Assembly: GCA_963805855.1 (NCBI GenBank)
Contig: CAWDVW010000002.1
Location: 640,001 to 704,000, forward strand
Reading direction: 5' to 3'
DNA: 64,000 nucleotides
Source of the DNA: Candidatus Dadabacteria bacterium
Lineage (GTDB): Bacteria > Desulfobacterota_D > UBA1144 > Nemesobacterales > CSP1-2
A program made the translations under genes and the position numbers. This document shows, piece after piece, positions 45,082-55,418 of the stretch. Each line of letters opens with the position of its first letter. Positions within the stretch are counted from its first letter, which is position 1. Under the pieces are notes generated by a model. That model saw only the letters and a program-made list of their open reading frames with translations. It was not told the origin of the DNA and made no database searches.

Positions 45082-45590
45082 GTAGCGGAAACCTTCAGTT
45101 TTCCATTCCCTTGTTTTATGGAGGCGGCGTTGGAAAACGCCGCCTATCGTTATTGACACGCTATTTATTATGGATAGTCGGGACATTCTTGTCCCGATAG
45201 GTTTCCATTCCATTTGCCTTGTGGAGGACTAAAGTCCTCCGCTACATAAAAAATGTCATTCAACCAGTTCGAAAGGCTCAGTACAGGCTCCAGCGAAGCA
45301 ATCTCACAACCTGTCATTCACAAACGCATTTATTGGGAATCCATCAAAATACCTGTGGATCCCCGATAAGGCTTGTCCCCGCATGTTTCCCCGATAAATA
45401 CTTTCGAGGACAAGTCTGGCGGGGAATTCTCGGGGTGACAAATTAGACGTCATTCCCGCGGATTCCCCGTTAAACGCAAACGGGGACAGGCGTTAGTGTG
45501 AATCCAGAAAAACAATGGATGCCCGATTACGTTCCTCGGGCATGACAACAAAAGTAGATCCCCGATAGAGGTGCTCGGCGATGAAAGAAT
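45082..45590. repeat. REP array and GTCATT/AATGAC-type palindromic mosaic downstream of RAYT copy 2
   Basis: REPs at 45082, 45123, 45173, 45223. 45500-45547 is nearly identical to 9540-9588; 45256-45305 and 45449-45511 are inverted matches to the 37 kb region. Confidence 0.8.
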
Positions 45591-45776
45591 AGGGAATTCA
45601 CGAGTTAAATCCGCATAAGAGTTGAACTTGCTTCTCCATTTTCTCATTATTTGTTATATTTTTAACAAAACCTGTATAATTGTTTCCTGCTAGGAAAAAT
45701 TTCTGTTGATTAAAAAAGGATATAATGAGATACTTAATAGCAATTTGAGAATCCAGTATTCAGGAGAAGAAATAAC

Positions 45777-48695
45777 TTGAGCAGAATATTTCATACCATT
45801 AGGAAAACACACCTCCATTTAATCATAATCGCGCTCGTATTCTATATCGGTTTCTTTTCATCCGTTTCCCAAAACGTAGAGAGTGACAACCAACTTAACA
45901 GCCTTGCCTTCTTGCCTGTAGTGACTAAATATGTGAACAAATACTACGTCGACAAAAGCGCTATACATCCCAAAGCCATGCTCGTAAAGGGCATGGAAAG
46001 ACTTGAGACCATGCTAGACGAAGTTCTCGTAGAGTTTCCAAACGGTGAGAATAGCAAAACATTTAAGGTTCAGGTATTGAACGACTCAAAAACCTTTAAC
46101 ATTGGCGACGTTAACAATTTGGATGATGTGGGGGATAGGCTTAAAGAGGTCTTCCAGTTCATCCAGCCTCGTCTTACATCGGATGAGCCAAGCATCCAGA
46201 ACGTCGGATACGTAGTTACAGATGAAATGCTTAAAACGCTCGACCCACATTCAGGGATCATCACTCCCCAGATCTACCAGGAATTCATGATCGAAACGGA
46301 GGGTAGCTTTGGAGGGCTTGGTATTGTAATAGGGATAAGGGATGGGCAGCTCACGGTGATCTCCCCGATTGAAGGAACACCTGCCTACAATGCAGGCATA
46401 AAGCCAAACGACAGGATAGTCCAGATAGAGGATGAATCCACAATAAATATGTCGCTTATCGAGGCGGTAGGAAAATTAAGGGGCCGCAAGGGAACGGAGG
46501 TAACCATTTATGTAAATAGAGAGGGATTTCCCGAGCCCAAGAAATTCAAGATGATCAGGGACACAATAAATATCCAAAGCGTCGAAACATTCGATTTAGA
46601 CAAAGGGATTTTATACGTGAGAATAAGGGATTTTCAGAAGAACACCTTTGACAGCATAAAAGAAGCATTGCAAGACAAAAACGGCAGGGTCAAAGGACTG
46701 ATTCTCGATCTCAGAGGTAACCCGGGGGGTCTACTGGATCAGGCAGAGAAGGTGTCAGACGCCTTCCTAAAAAACGGTGTAATAGTCATAACAAAGATAG
46801 GGGACTCTGACAAAGAATATAGTGCAAGCGACGATATTTCTGATTACACCGGTGAGATAGTAGTCCTGATAGACTCGGGGAGCGCAAGCGCATCGGAAAT
46901 CGTCGCAGGTGCCCTGAAGAATAATGAAAGGGCAGTGCTCGTCGGGCAGCGAAGCTTCGGCAAGGGCTCTGTCCAACAGATATTTGATCTAAATGATGGT
47001 TCTGCCCTTAAACTCACAATCGCAGATTACCTGACACCCGGTAATATCTCGATTCAGGATGTAGGAATCACGCCGGATATAATGCTCAATCCTGTGCTAA
47101 TTTCCAAGGAAAATGTCATCTTTAATCCCCCTTCGGATAAACCCCAAACAAATTCGGATGAGAAAACAAAGCCATTGGAGGATCCGATTTATTCCATCAA
47201 ATATCTTGATACCTCGACCATCGTCAATGAAGAAGAAGAGATAAAGCCTGAAGAGGCAATGAGCAGGGAGGAAAAAATACAGAAACTTAACGGGGACTTT
47301 TATATCGACGTTGCGAAAGAAATCATCAATTCTACTAGCTCTACGTACAGGAAAGAGATACTCAGTCAATCGAAAGGCGATATAGATAAAATTTCAAAGG
47401 AGCAAGAGGCAAAGATGGGAGAAACTTGGAAGGGCCTCGGGGTAGACTGGTCTCCTTCGGAATCAGAGTCCGGTTCGCCTGATATATCAGTTAAGGTTTC
47501 CCCAGCATTGCCCATCGCTAAAGCAGGAGAGAAGCTCGAAATAACTGCGGAAGTAACCAATCGGGGCAAGTCGCCTATTTATAGATTGGAAGCCATAACA
47601 AAATCTGACAATCCGAGTCTCGACGGAAAGGAATTCACATTCGGCAAATTAAACCCTGGTGAAGAAAAATCCTGGACCGACACCTTTGATATCCCTGAAT
47701 GGGCACTCAGAAGCGAAGATGAAATAACTCTGCATTTTGGAGACGCCGAAAACAAAAAACTAAAAGATTACACTTTCAAGGCAAGAGTAGAAGAATTGCC
47801 AAGACCATCGTTTTCATTTAATTATTCTATCGTCGACGACGGACGATACAACTCTCATGGAAATGGAAATGGCATCCCGGAGTTCGGAGAAACCATAGCC
47901 CTTTTGGTAAGGATTAAAAACAGCGGCCAGGGTGTAGCAAAGAAGGGCATTGTAACACTTAAGAATAACTCAGGGGAAAAGCTGTTTTTAACAAAAGGAA
48001 GGTTTGAATTTGAGAACCTTCAACCAGCTGAAATGAGAGAGACTCCCCTCAATTTTGAGGTTAAGAAGCCCGACTCAAAGATTGACTTGGAGCTTCAGAT
48101 CCTCGATGAAGTCCTAAGAGAGGGTTTCATTAGCAAAATCAATATCCTTGAAAGCGAGAAGGAGGCGAATTTTCTCAATAACTCGCAGAATATTGTTGTG
48201 TTAAACGATAAAACGCTCATCAAGGGGGGCAGCTTCACGGACGCGCCTGTTCTTGCAATATCCGATAAGGGGGCGGGTTTCGAGACAATTGGAGAAAACG
48301 ATGAGTGGGTCAAAATTAGACTTAACGAAAACACGGTAGGTTGGGTAAGAAAGGATGATATCATCTTCGTAGACTTTGTAAGCTCTTCTCCCGACACGCA
48401 GAATTTGAAAGAATATTTTGAAGGACCTCCTGTCTTAAGCATCGTAGATCCGCCACTTGCAACTGAGTCTGATACAATCACCATTAAGGGTTCGGCAGAG
48501 GACGCTGATGGCGTGGCGCTCGTTTATGTCTTTTTGGATGAAGACAAGGTTATGCTACTACCCTCAAGAGAAAATAAAGTTCCAATTTCCGTTAACTTAA
48601 AACTTCACGAAGGGACTAATATGATAACGTTCCTTGCAAAAGACTCAAAAGGGCTGATCTCTAAAAAGTCTTTTGCTATAAGGAAAGATGGTTAG
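45777..48695 (+). CDS. S41 C-terminal processing serine peptidase with long C-terminal extension (MXAN_5808-like architecture)
   Basis: LDPHS, PDZ (GGLGI, GTPA), DLRGNPGGLL, SASASEIVAGA, FGKGSVQ; Ig-like and SH3-like C-terminal domains. Confidence 0.9.
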   Translation: MSRIFHTIRKTHLHLIIIALVFYIGFFSSVSQNVESDNQLNSLAFLPVVTKYVNKYYVDKSAIHPKAMLVKGMERLETMLDEVLVEFPNGENSKTFKVQVLNDSKTFNIGDVNNLDDVGDRLKEVFQFIQPRLTSDEPSIQNVGYVVTDEMLKTLDPHSGIITPQIYQEFMIETEGSFGGLGIVIGIRDGQLTVISPIEGTPAYNAGIKPNDRIVQIEDESTINMSLIEAVGKLRGRKGTEVTIYVNREGFPEPKKFKMIRDTINIQSVETFDLDKGILYVRIRDFQKNTFDSIKEALQDKNGRVKGLILDLRGNPGGLLDQAEKVSDAFLKNGVIVITKIGDSDKEYSASDDISDYTGEIVVLIDSGSASASEIVAGALKNNERAVLVGQRSFGKGSVQQIFDLNDGSALKLTIADYLTPGNISIQDVGITPDIMLNPVLISKENVIFNPPSDKPQTNSDEKTKPLEDPIYSIKYLDTSTIVNEEEEIKPEEAMSREEKIQKLNGDFYIDVAKEIINSTSSTYRKEILSQSKGDIDKISKEQEAKMGETWKGLGVDWSPSESESGSPDISVKVSPALPIAKAGEKLEITAEVTNRGKSPIYRLEAITKSDNPSLDGKEFTFGKLNPGEEKSWTDTFDIPEWALRSEDEITLHFGDAENKKLKDYTFKARVEELPRPSFSFNYSIVDDGRYNSHGNGNGIPEFGETIALLVRIKNSGQGVAKKGIVTLKNNSGEKLFLTKGRFEFENLQPAEMRETPLNFEVKKPDSKIDLELQILDEVLREGFISKINILESEKEANFLNNSQNIVVLNDKTLIKGGSFTDAPVLAISDKGAGFETIGENDEWVKIRLNENTVGWVRKDDIIFVDFVSSSPDTQNLKEYFEGPPVLSIVDPPLATESDTITIKGSAEDADGVALVYVFLDEDKVMLLPSRENKVPISVNLKLHEGTNMITFLAKDSKGLISKKSFAIRKDG

Positions 48696-48715
48696 GCTAA
48701 GGACATGCTAACCGA

Positions 48716-49645
48716 ATGGTCAAATTCATTCTTGGTCGGGTCTTTACAGGAGCGTTTGTTGTCATTGTCGTATCGTCTATCACTTTTTTCCTCCTAAGAG
48801 TCCTCCCGGGCGGCCCCTTTGATACAGAAAAGAAGCTCCCACCCCAGATTCTGATCAATATAGAGCAAAAATACAGGCTGACAGAGCCGGTATGGAAGCA
48901 ATACCTTATATACATGGATAATCTGTTAACCGGTGACTTCGGACCCTCCTACAAGTACGTTGACAGGACCGCAAACGATATTATCGGAGACACGCTCCCG
49001 GTATCTATGGAGTTAGGTCTAGTCGCGCTGCTAACCTCTATCATATTGGGTACATCGATTGGCACGATTTCGGCGGCCAGGCCTAGGGGATTGTTCGATT
49101 TTACCGCTGTATCCCTATCTACCGCTCTGGTATCTGTGCCAAGCTTCGTCATAGGTGCACTCTTAATCTACGTGTTCTCCGTAAAACTGGGCTGGTTTCC
49201 AGCAGCTCTGTGGGGAGATGCCAGACACCTTGTACTACCTGCACTGACCCTCGCCCTGGGTCCGGCCGCCTATCTGGCGCGTCTCGTCAGGGCAAGCATG
49301 TTAGAGACATCCCAAGCGACATTTATAAGAACCGCAAGGGCAAAGGGACTAAGCGAGACAAGGGTGGTCGTGAAACACATACTCAGAAATGCCCTGATTC
49401 CCGTGGTTACCGTTCTGGGTCCCATCACCGCCTACCTGATTACTGGATCATTTGTAGTGGAACACATTTTTGCAATCCCCGGAATGGGTAGGTTTTTCGT
49501 TTTTGCCGTATCAAATAGGGACTACCCGCTCGTGATGGGAATTACAATCGTCTACACGGTTATACTGGTTATGGCCAACCTCCTTGTAGATATACTCTAT
49601 ATTCTGTTAGATCCAAGAATTACCTTTGACAAAAGTAGAAGTTAG
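48716..49645 (+). CDS. oppB: Oligopeptide ABC transporter permease
   Basis: PGGPF, GDFGPSY, RTARAKGL, HILRNALIP, NRDYP. Confidence 0.9.
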   Translation: MVKFILGRVFTGAFVVIVVSSITFFLLRVLPGGPFDTEKKLPPQILINIEQKYRLTEPVWKQYLIYMDNLLTGDFGPSYKYVDRTANDIIGDTLPVSMELGLVALLTSIILGTSIGTISAARPRGLFDFTAVSLSTALVSVPSFVIGALLIYVFSVKLGWFPAALWGDARHLVLPALTLALGPAAYLARLVRASMLETSQATFIRTARAKGLSETRVVVKHILRNALIPVVTVLGPITAYLITGSFVVEHIFAIPGMGRFFVFAVSNRDYPLVMGITIVYTVILVMANLLVDILYILLDPRITFDKSRS

Positions 49646-49649
49646 AGCT

Positions 49650-50387
49650 ATGAGAAACATCAAACTAACAATAGAGTATGACGGGACCAACTACCTTGGC
49701 TGGCAGAGCCAAAAGAGAGGGACTACCATACAGGAAGCCATCGAGACTGCTATCGAAAAAATCACCAAAAACGGGGTTAAGCTCATAGGATCCGGAAGGA
49801 CAGACAGCGGTGTTCATGCCCTGGGTCAGGTGGCAAATTTTAAGACCTCAAGCGGACTGCCCGCCTATCAGCTTCAAAAGGCGCTTAACGCTATCCTCCC
49901 TAAAGATATCTCTATCGTAAAATGTGAGGAAGCGGATGTGACATTTCATTCACAATTCGATGCTAAGAGTAAGATATATGCCTATGTAATATTATACCGC
50001 CCATACCCCTCAGCGCTGGAGAGGCTCAGGGCCTGGCACATCCCATTCGCATTGCATCTACCGAAAATGACGGAAGCCTCAAAAGCCCTTATAGGTAAAC
50101 ATAATTTCAGCGCATTTGGTCTATCCACGCACACCCTGAGATCAACCGTCAGGGAGGTATTAAAGCTCGAAATATCATTAAGAGAAAATGATAATCTATA
50201 TTTTGAAATTGAAGCCACGGGGTTCCTAAAAAGAATGGTAAGACTGGTTGTAGGGACGCTTATTCAGGTCGGAAGGGATAGAATCCCAGTGGACGGTGTC
50301 AGGAGAATATTGGAATCCGGGGAGAGAACCAAATTTGTACGAGCTGCCCCCCCGTGGGGGCTTTATCTGAAAGAGGTCAAGTATTGA
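49650..50387 (+). CDS. truA: tRNA pseudouridine(38-40) synthase
   Basis: IEYDGT.Y.GWQ, GSGRTDSGVHALGQ, FLKRMVR, APPWGLYL. Confidence 0.95.
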   Translation: MRNIKLTIEYDGTNYLGWQSQKRGTTIQEAIETAIEKITKNGVKLIGSGRTDSGVHALGQVANFKTSSGLPAYQLQKALNAILPKDISIVKCEEADVTFHSQFDAKSKIYAYVILYRPYPSALERLRAWHIPFALHLPKMTEASKALIGKHNFSAFGLSTHTLRSTVREVLKLEISLRENDNLYFEIEATGFLKRMVRLVVGTLIQVGRDRIPVDGVRRILESGERTKFVRAAPPWGLYLKEVKY

Positions 50388-50456
50388 AGGCGATTCCGCA
50401 TAAAACGCGAGATTGGAACGCCACCGCAATCTCACCTGTATAAATGACTTGATGCC

Positions 50457-50594
50457 GGGTAGGTCACGAGTCTTGCTCGTTACAATTGATCGTCCCACCA
50501 GCAAGACTGGTGGGCTACCCTCTATAATTAGATCTTATCCCCGGGTAGGTCACGAGTCCCTTCGATTGACTCAGGGCAGGCTTGCTCGTGGCAC
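50457..50594. repeat. GTAG-type REP cluster with nested 23-bp insert
   Basis: gggtaggtcacgagt|cttgctcg at 50457 versus the same element with cccttcgattgactcagggcagg inserted at 50558-50580; cccaccagcaagactggtggg hairpin also at 39303. Confidence 0.78.
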
Positions 50595-50626
50595 GGACGA
50601 TCGTCGGTTAAAATAACATAGCCAAA

Positions 50627-51388
50627 ATGAAATTCCTCAGATTCAGAACCCAAGATAGAAAAGTAAGACAAGGCTATCTTGAAGCAGGAAAAGTATTTGA
50701 GATCACGGGAGAGATCCTTGGTGAATATCATTCAACTGGCAACGAGTACAATTTCAATGACATAAAATTCCTGCCCCCATGCTCCCCGAGTAAGATCGTG
50801 GCAGTAGGACTTAATTACAGAGACCATGCCGAAGAGCTTAAAAAGAAGATTCCCGATGAACCCTTAATGTTCATGAAGCCATCGACCTCAATAATCGGAC
50901 ATGAAGATAAGATCATATACCCCCATCACATGTCCTCGCGTGTCGACTACGAAGGAGAGCTTGCAGTCGTTATCGGAAAAGAGGCAAAGTGGATAAATGA
51001 ATCTGATGCAGTCGACTATATATTCGGATACACCTGCATAAACGATGTGACGGCCCGGGACCTTCAGGCAAAGGATGTTCAATACACAAGGGCGAAGGGA
51101 TTCGATACCTTCGCCCCGATCGGTCCCGTTATAGAGACAGAAATCGATCCATCAGACTTAGAAATTTCGACATTACTTAATGGTGGGCTAAAGCAACATT
51201 CCAGGACATCTGAACTTATTTTCAATGTTCCGAGACTCGTTAGCTTCATCTCAAGGGTCATGACGCTTCTGCAAGGTGACATAATTGCCACAGGGACACC
51301 AGCGGGGATAGGGCCCATGAAAAATGGTGACAAGGTAGAAATAAAAATTCAGGGAATCGGGACGCTTAGAAATTATGTTGCATCATAG
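50627..51388 (+). CDS. Fumarylacetoacetate hydrolase family protein
   Basis: SKIVAVGLNY..H, DYEGEL, NDVTARD, KGFDTF, GDIIATGTPAG. Confidence 0.93.
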   Translation: MKFLRFRTQDRKVRQGYLEAGKVFEITGEILGEYHSTGNEYNFNDIKFLPPCSPSKIVAVGLNYRDHAEELKKKIPDEPLMFMKPSTSIIGHEDKIIYPHHMSSRVDYEGELAVVIGKEAKWINESDAVDYIFGYTCINDVTARDLQAKDVQYTRAKGFDTFAPIGPVIETEIDPSDLEISTLLNGGLKQHSRTSELIFNVPRLVSFISRVMTLLQGDIIATGTPAGIGPMKNGDKVEIKIQGIGTLRNYVAS

Positions 51389-51438
51389 GTTGTGCAGGAC
51401 GCAAATTCTTATACGTATATAACCGGTAATAAACTCAA

Positions 51439-53400
51439 TTAGTTCATTCCCAATATCTGTCTGGCCCTTTTAGCAAACTTGTCACTTAGCCCGCTTCGGA
51501 GTGCATTTGCAGCATGCTCTTGAGCCTTAGGTATCTCACCAAAACGGACGTATATCTCAGCCAAATAAAAATGTGCCGATCCATAGGAACCTCTCAATTC
51601 TAAAGTCTTATTGAGATATTTCTCCGCTAATTCGAAAGACTGCTCGGCAAGTTTCAACTCAGAGCTCAGCTCTCCTGTGCTCCTCTCATGACCGCGTTCA
51701 CTTTTGAGTACATTTTGTAGTATCCTGTCTCCCTTCACAAAATACATATAACCTAGATTATAATGAGGCCTTATATCGCGTGGATTAAGGTCAATCGCAT
51801 TCCTAAATGATTTCTCCGCCTTATCATAGTCTCCCAAATCTATATAGACCGCTCCGATATTATTATAAGCCAGGGCCTTTCCACTTTTAGTGCCAACTTT
51901 AAGCGCACTCACATACTCCTGGATAGCTCCCTCCTTTTTACCCGCCCCCCTTAGCGCATTCCCGTAATTCAGATGGGCGCTATAAATATCCCTTGATTGA
52001 CTTGTTGCTTTTTTCCAGAGGGATACACTGTCTTTCCAGAAAGATTGTCCACCTATCGTAAAATAAAAATAAGGTATACATAGGGCTAATCCAACTACCC
52101 AGGCAACTTTCTTTACCTGGTATCTCCTACCTCCCTCTACTATAAGATAGCCTGTGAGCAAACAGAAGCCCGCAGAAGGAATGTATAAGAATCTTTCTGC
52201 AAGCGGTGTTAAAGCAATTGGCAAAGCTGCGACCACTGACGGAGGACCAAGATTCACGAGAATCCAAATAATGCTGAATGCTGTTATACCGTCACTTTTT
52301 CTAAATGACACAACACAGGTAATAATTAAAACCGATATAACAATGGAAGAAATGACCGTATAGTATTGAGCCTTTGGGACCGCGGCTATTAAGGGGTTTA
52401 ATTTAAACGGAAAAACAAGTTTTAAGATATAAAAAAGAAAGGAGTTCAAGAAAAGATCTGATCTCTCCCATGCTGATGAAATCAAACGAAAAGAGTGCTG
52501 CGAAGAATCATTTGCAAAAGCTGACGATATGAAATGTATTCTGCTAATTACGATCTCATCTATGCTGAAACCGAGGCTCGAAAAACCGAGGATGTCAGCA
52601 ATTGTACCCCATCTATAGTACAGATATACAAAAAGCAATCCTCCGTAGAACCCATATCGTAACAAATTACTCTGTCTTGAAATCCTGCGACTGGTCAAGT
52701 CCAGCCCCAGTGCGACGAACGGGAATGTAATCGCAATTTCTTTCGTCAGTAGTGAAAGGTAAAAGGTAATCAGAGTTAAAAGCAGGAAAAACAAATTTCT
52801 GTATGATAGTAAATGAAAAATAATCGCTGAAAAGAGAAAAATACTACAGATCAAATCCGCCCTGGCTGCTACGAATGATACGGGTTCTACATGCATTGGA
52901 TAAATGGCAAATAACAAGGAGGAAAGAAAAGCGGTTGCATCTGTTGCACCTATCTTAAATGCTTCGAGGGTCAGGAGAGCAAATAAGTAGAAGAGTACAA
53001 CCGAAATTGAGTAAGCTATAACATTTGTAAGGTGAAACCCGAATGGGGAAAGCCCCCAAATCTTGTAATCCATGCCCCACGAGGAATATAGGATTGGACG
53101 AAAATGTTTGGGCTCTCTTTCTAACGCCTTGAAGGGATTAAGAATGTTGGAAATCATACCCCTGAATGTAAGGCTCTCATGGCTTTTTAACTGTATGTAT
53201 GAAATATCGTCCCAGACAAATTCATTTCCGAGAGAGGGAGCAAAAACGCCGAAAGATAAAGCAAATAACAATACTCCAACGATAAACCGATGCCTAACAA
53301 CATTCGCGAACCTGACCGCAAGACTTTCACGTTCCTTCAGATTCTTGGGACTAACCTCTTTCTTTGGTTTGTCCTTCGCTTTCTTTTTCTTCTTACCCAT
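51439..53400 (-). CDS. TMTC-like membrane glycosyltransferase with C-terminal TPRs
   Basis: FVWDD, FRP, FHLTN, PMHVEPV...AR, TKEIA, AERFLYIPS, W.DS.SLW motifs followed by TPRs. Confidence 0.85.
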   Translation of the reverse strand: MGKKKKKAKDKPKKEVSPKNLKERESLAVRFANVVRHRFIVGVLLFALSFGVFAPSLGNEFVWDDISYIQLKSHESLTFRGMISNILNPFKALEREPKHFRPILYSSWGMDYKIWGLSPFGFHLTNVIAYSISVVLFYLFALLTLEAFKIGATDATAFLSSLLFAIYPMHVEPVSFVAARADLICSIFLFSAIIFHLLSYRNLFFLLLTLITFYLSLLTKEIAITFPFVALGLDLTSRRISRQSNLLRYGFYGGLLFVYLYYRWGTIADILGFSSLGFSIDEIVISRIHFISSAFANDSSQHSFRLISSAWERSDLFLNSFLFYILKLVFPFKLNPLIAAVPKAQYYTVISSIVISVLIITCVVSFRKSDGITAFSIIWILVNLGPPSVVAALPIALTPLAERFLYIPSAGFCLLTGYLIVEGGRRYQVKKVAWVVGLALCIPYFYFTIGGQSFWKDSVSLWKKATSQSRDIYSAHLNYGNALRGAGKKEGAIQEYVSALKVGTKSGKALAYNNIGAVYIDLGDYDKAEKSFRNAIDLNPRDIRPHYNLGYMYFVKGDRILQNVLKSERGHERSTGELSSELKLAEQSFELAEKYLNKTLELRGSYGSAHFYLAEIYVRFGEIPKAQEHAANALRSGLSDKFAKRARQILGMN

Positions 53401-53647
53401 GGAGATTTTTATGCTTTATCTATCGGACCTTGATAGAGCATGCCATTACTTTATTTCAGGCCAAGTATCTCTATTCTAGAGTTCATCCCTGGAGATTATT
53501 TAGTATCAAATATACCTACTCATTATCCTAAGACATAAGATTGCCTCCCTATTTTATACACAATAACTCTATTTCCTTGAAGATTCACTTATTACCGAGT
53601 TGAAAATAATCCAATTATGTATAGTCTTAATAAGAATAATTGAAGCG

Positions 53648-54088
53648 ATGAAAAGATACATAGCGATCCTCATCTGTACTTATTTAGCAATGTTACAAGT
53701 TACACTAGCGGGAGAGTGGAAACAGGTAGGAACCAGCGAGAATAAGGATGTTTGGTATATAGACATAGACAGCATATCGAAAGTTGAAGACGTAAGAACA
53801 TTCTGGGCGAAAATAGACCACAATGCGCCTCAAGACTATGATGGCAAGACTTATCAAAAAACGCAGACTAAGGTAAGTATAAATTGCTCCAAGCAAACCT
53901 ATGATATCCTGGGTATAGCGCGTGTGGACTCCAAAGGTGCGGTTTTTTCATATGATGATCTTACGGATAAGGATTCGAATAAAGATAGACCCATTGTCAA
54001 AAGTAGTGTATTCGATTTTATCAGTCAATACGTTTGTCGTGATGAGCAAGGTGGTGAGCCAGATATTAAGCAAGCGAAACCGAATTAA
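53648..54088 (+). CDS. Secreted surface-adhesin E-like protein
   Basis: Signal peptide; W..VG...WYID.DSI, INC, terminal VC. Confidence 0.65.
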   Translation: MKRYIAILICTYLAMLQVTLAGEWKQVGTSENKDVWYIDIDSISKVEDVRTFWAKIDHNAPQDYDGKTYQKTQTKVSINCSKQTYDILGIARVDSKGAVFSYDDLTDKDSNKDRPIVKSSVFDFISQYVCRDEQGGEPDIKQAKPN

Positions 54089-54320
54089 CTTGATTACATG
54101 TCTTTTGCTCCCCTTAAGTTAACCGATTAAAAACGGGACATAATCTTCATCGGCAATACTAATCTAGCCTAATTTTTAGGATAGAACTCGAAACAGTTGT
54201 GTCATACAATACCAAGTATTCTACACCATTACCTAAATTTAAAAAATCCAATATCGATTCCTAAGAATCAACCGAATGTGGTAACTTATATAGCTACACG
54301 AAATTTGAAGGAGAATTAAG

Positions 54321-55403
54321 GTGCCTAAAATACTGGTTCTACCGGGGGACGGGGTTGGAATCGAGGTTACCGATGTAAGTCTCGCGATTCTAAAAGGAAT
54401 CGGGGATAAATATGATATTCAGTTTACTGTTGAGAAGGAATTATTCGGTGGAAGCTCGATAGATGCCCATGGTATCCCTGTTACCGATGAGGTTTTGAAC
54501 AAAGCTAAGTCGTCGGATGCGGTGCTCCTGGGAGCGGTCGGCGGTCCAAATTGGGACAAGCTCGAATACGAAATAAGACCAGAAAAGGGACTCCTTGCCC
54601 TAAGGAAAGAGCTTGACACTTACGCAAACCTAAGACCCGCTGTTGTCTACCAATCCCTTATGGACGCTTCTACACTAAAAAAAGAGGTTATCGATGGAGT
54701 TGATATCATGGTGATAAGGGAGCTTACGGGTGGCATTTACTTTGGGACCCCCCGCGGAATCGAAAAACTACAAAACGGGAATGAGAGGGGGGTCAACACA
54801 CTCCTATACACAACATCCGAGATTGAAAGGGTAGCCAGAATAGCATTTCAGATCGCGGTCAAAAGGAGAAAAAAGGTTACATCTGTTGATAAGGCCAATG
54901 TGCTCGAGGTGATGGAGCTCTGGAGAAAATGCGTATCCAGGATCGGAAGTGACGAGTTCCCAGAAATAGAACTCGAGCATCTCTACGTCGATAATGCAGC
55001 CATGCAGCTCATCCGTAGACCGAAGAGTTTTGATGTGATTCTCGCGGATAACATGTTTGGCGACATCATCAGTGATGAGGCCGCACAGCTTACAGGCTCT
55101 TTAGGAATGCTCCCGTCAGCAAGTATCGGAGCTACCGGGGCAATTTATGAGCCAGTGCACGGGAGTGCGCCAGACATTGCCGGGAAAGATATTGCAAACC
55201 CTATTGCATCGGTCCTGTCCCTGGCAATGCTATTCAGGTTTTCACTCAATCTGGACAAGGCGGCAGATGATGTAGAAGAAGCTATCAAAAACGTCCTTCA
55301 GCGTGGTTACAGAACGGCCGACATCTTCGAGCATGGCACTACCAAGGTAGGATGCAGGGAGATGGGAAACATAATATTGGAGGAAATCTATAATTCACAG
55401 TAG
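54321..55403 (+). CDS. leuB: 3-isopropylmalate dehydrogenase
   Basis: GDGVG.EV, LGAVGGP, RELTGGIYFG, NMFGDI.SDEA, YEPVHGSAPDIAG. Confidence 0.97.
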   Translation: MPKILVLPGDGVGIEVTDVSLAILKGIGDKYDIQFTVEKELFGGSSIDAHGIPVTDEVLNKAKSSDAVLLGAVGGPNWDKLEYEIRPEKGLLALRKELDTYANLRPAVVYQSLMDASTLKKEVIDGVDIMVIRELTGGIYFGTPRGIEKLQNGNERGVNTLLYTTSEIERVARIAFQIAVKRRKKVTSVDKANVLEVMELWRKCVSRIGSDEFPEIELEHLYVDNAAMQLIRRPKSFDVILADNMFGDIISDEAAQLTGSLGMLPSASIGATGAIYEPVHGSAPDIAGKDIANPIASVLSLAMLFRFSLNLDKAADDVEEAIKNVLQRGYRTADIFEHGTTKVGCREMGNIILEEIYNSQ

Positions 55404-55418
55404 CTTTGATTAAACTTA

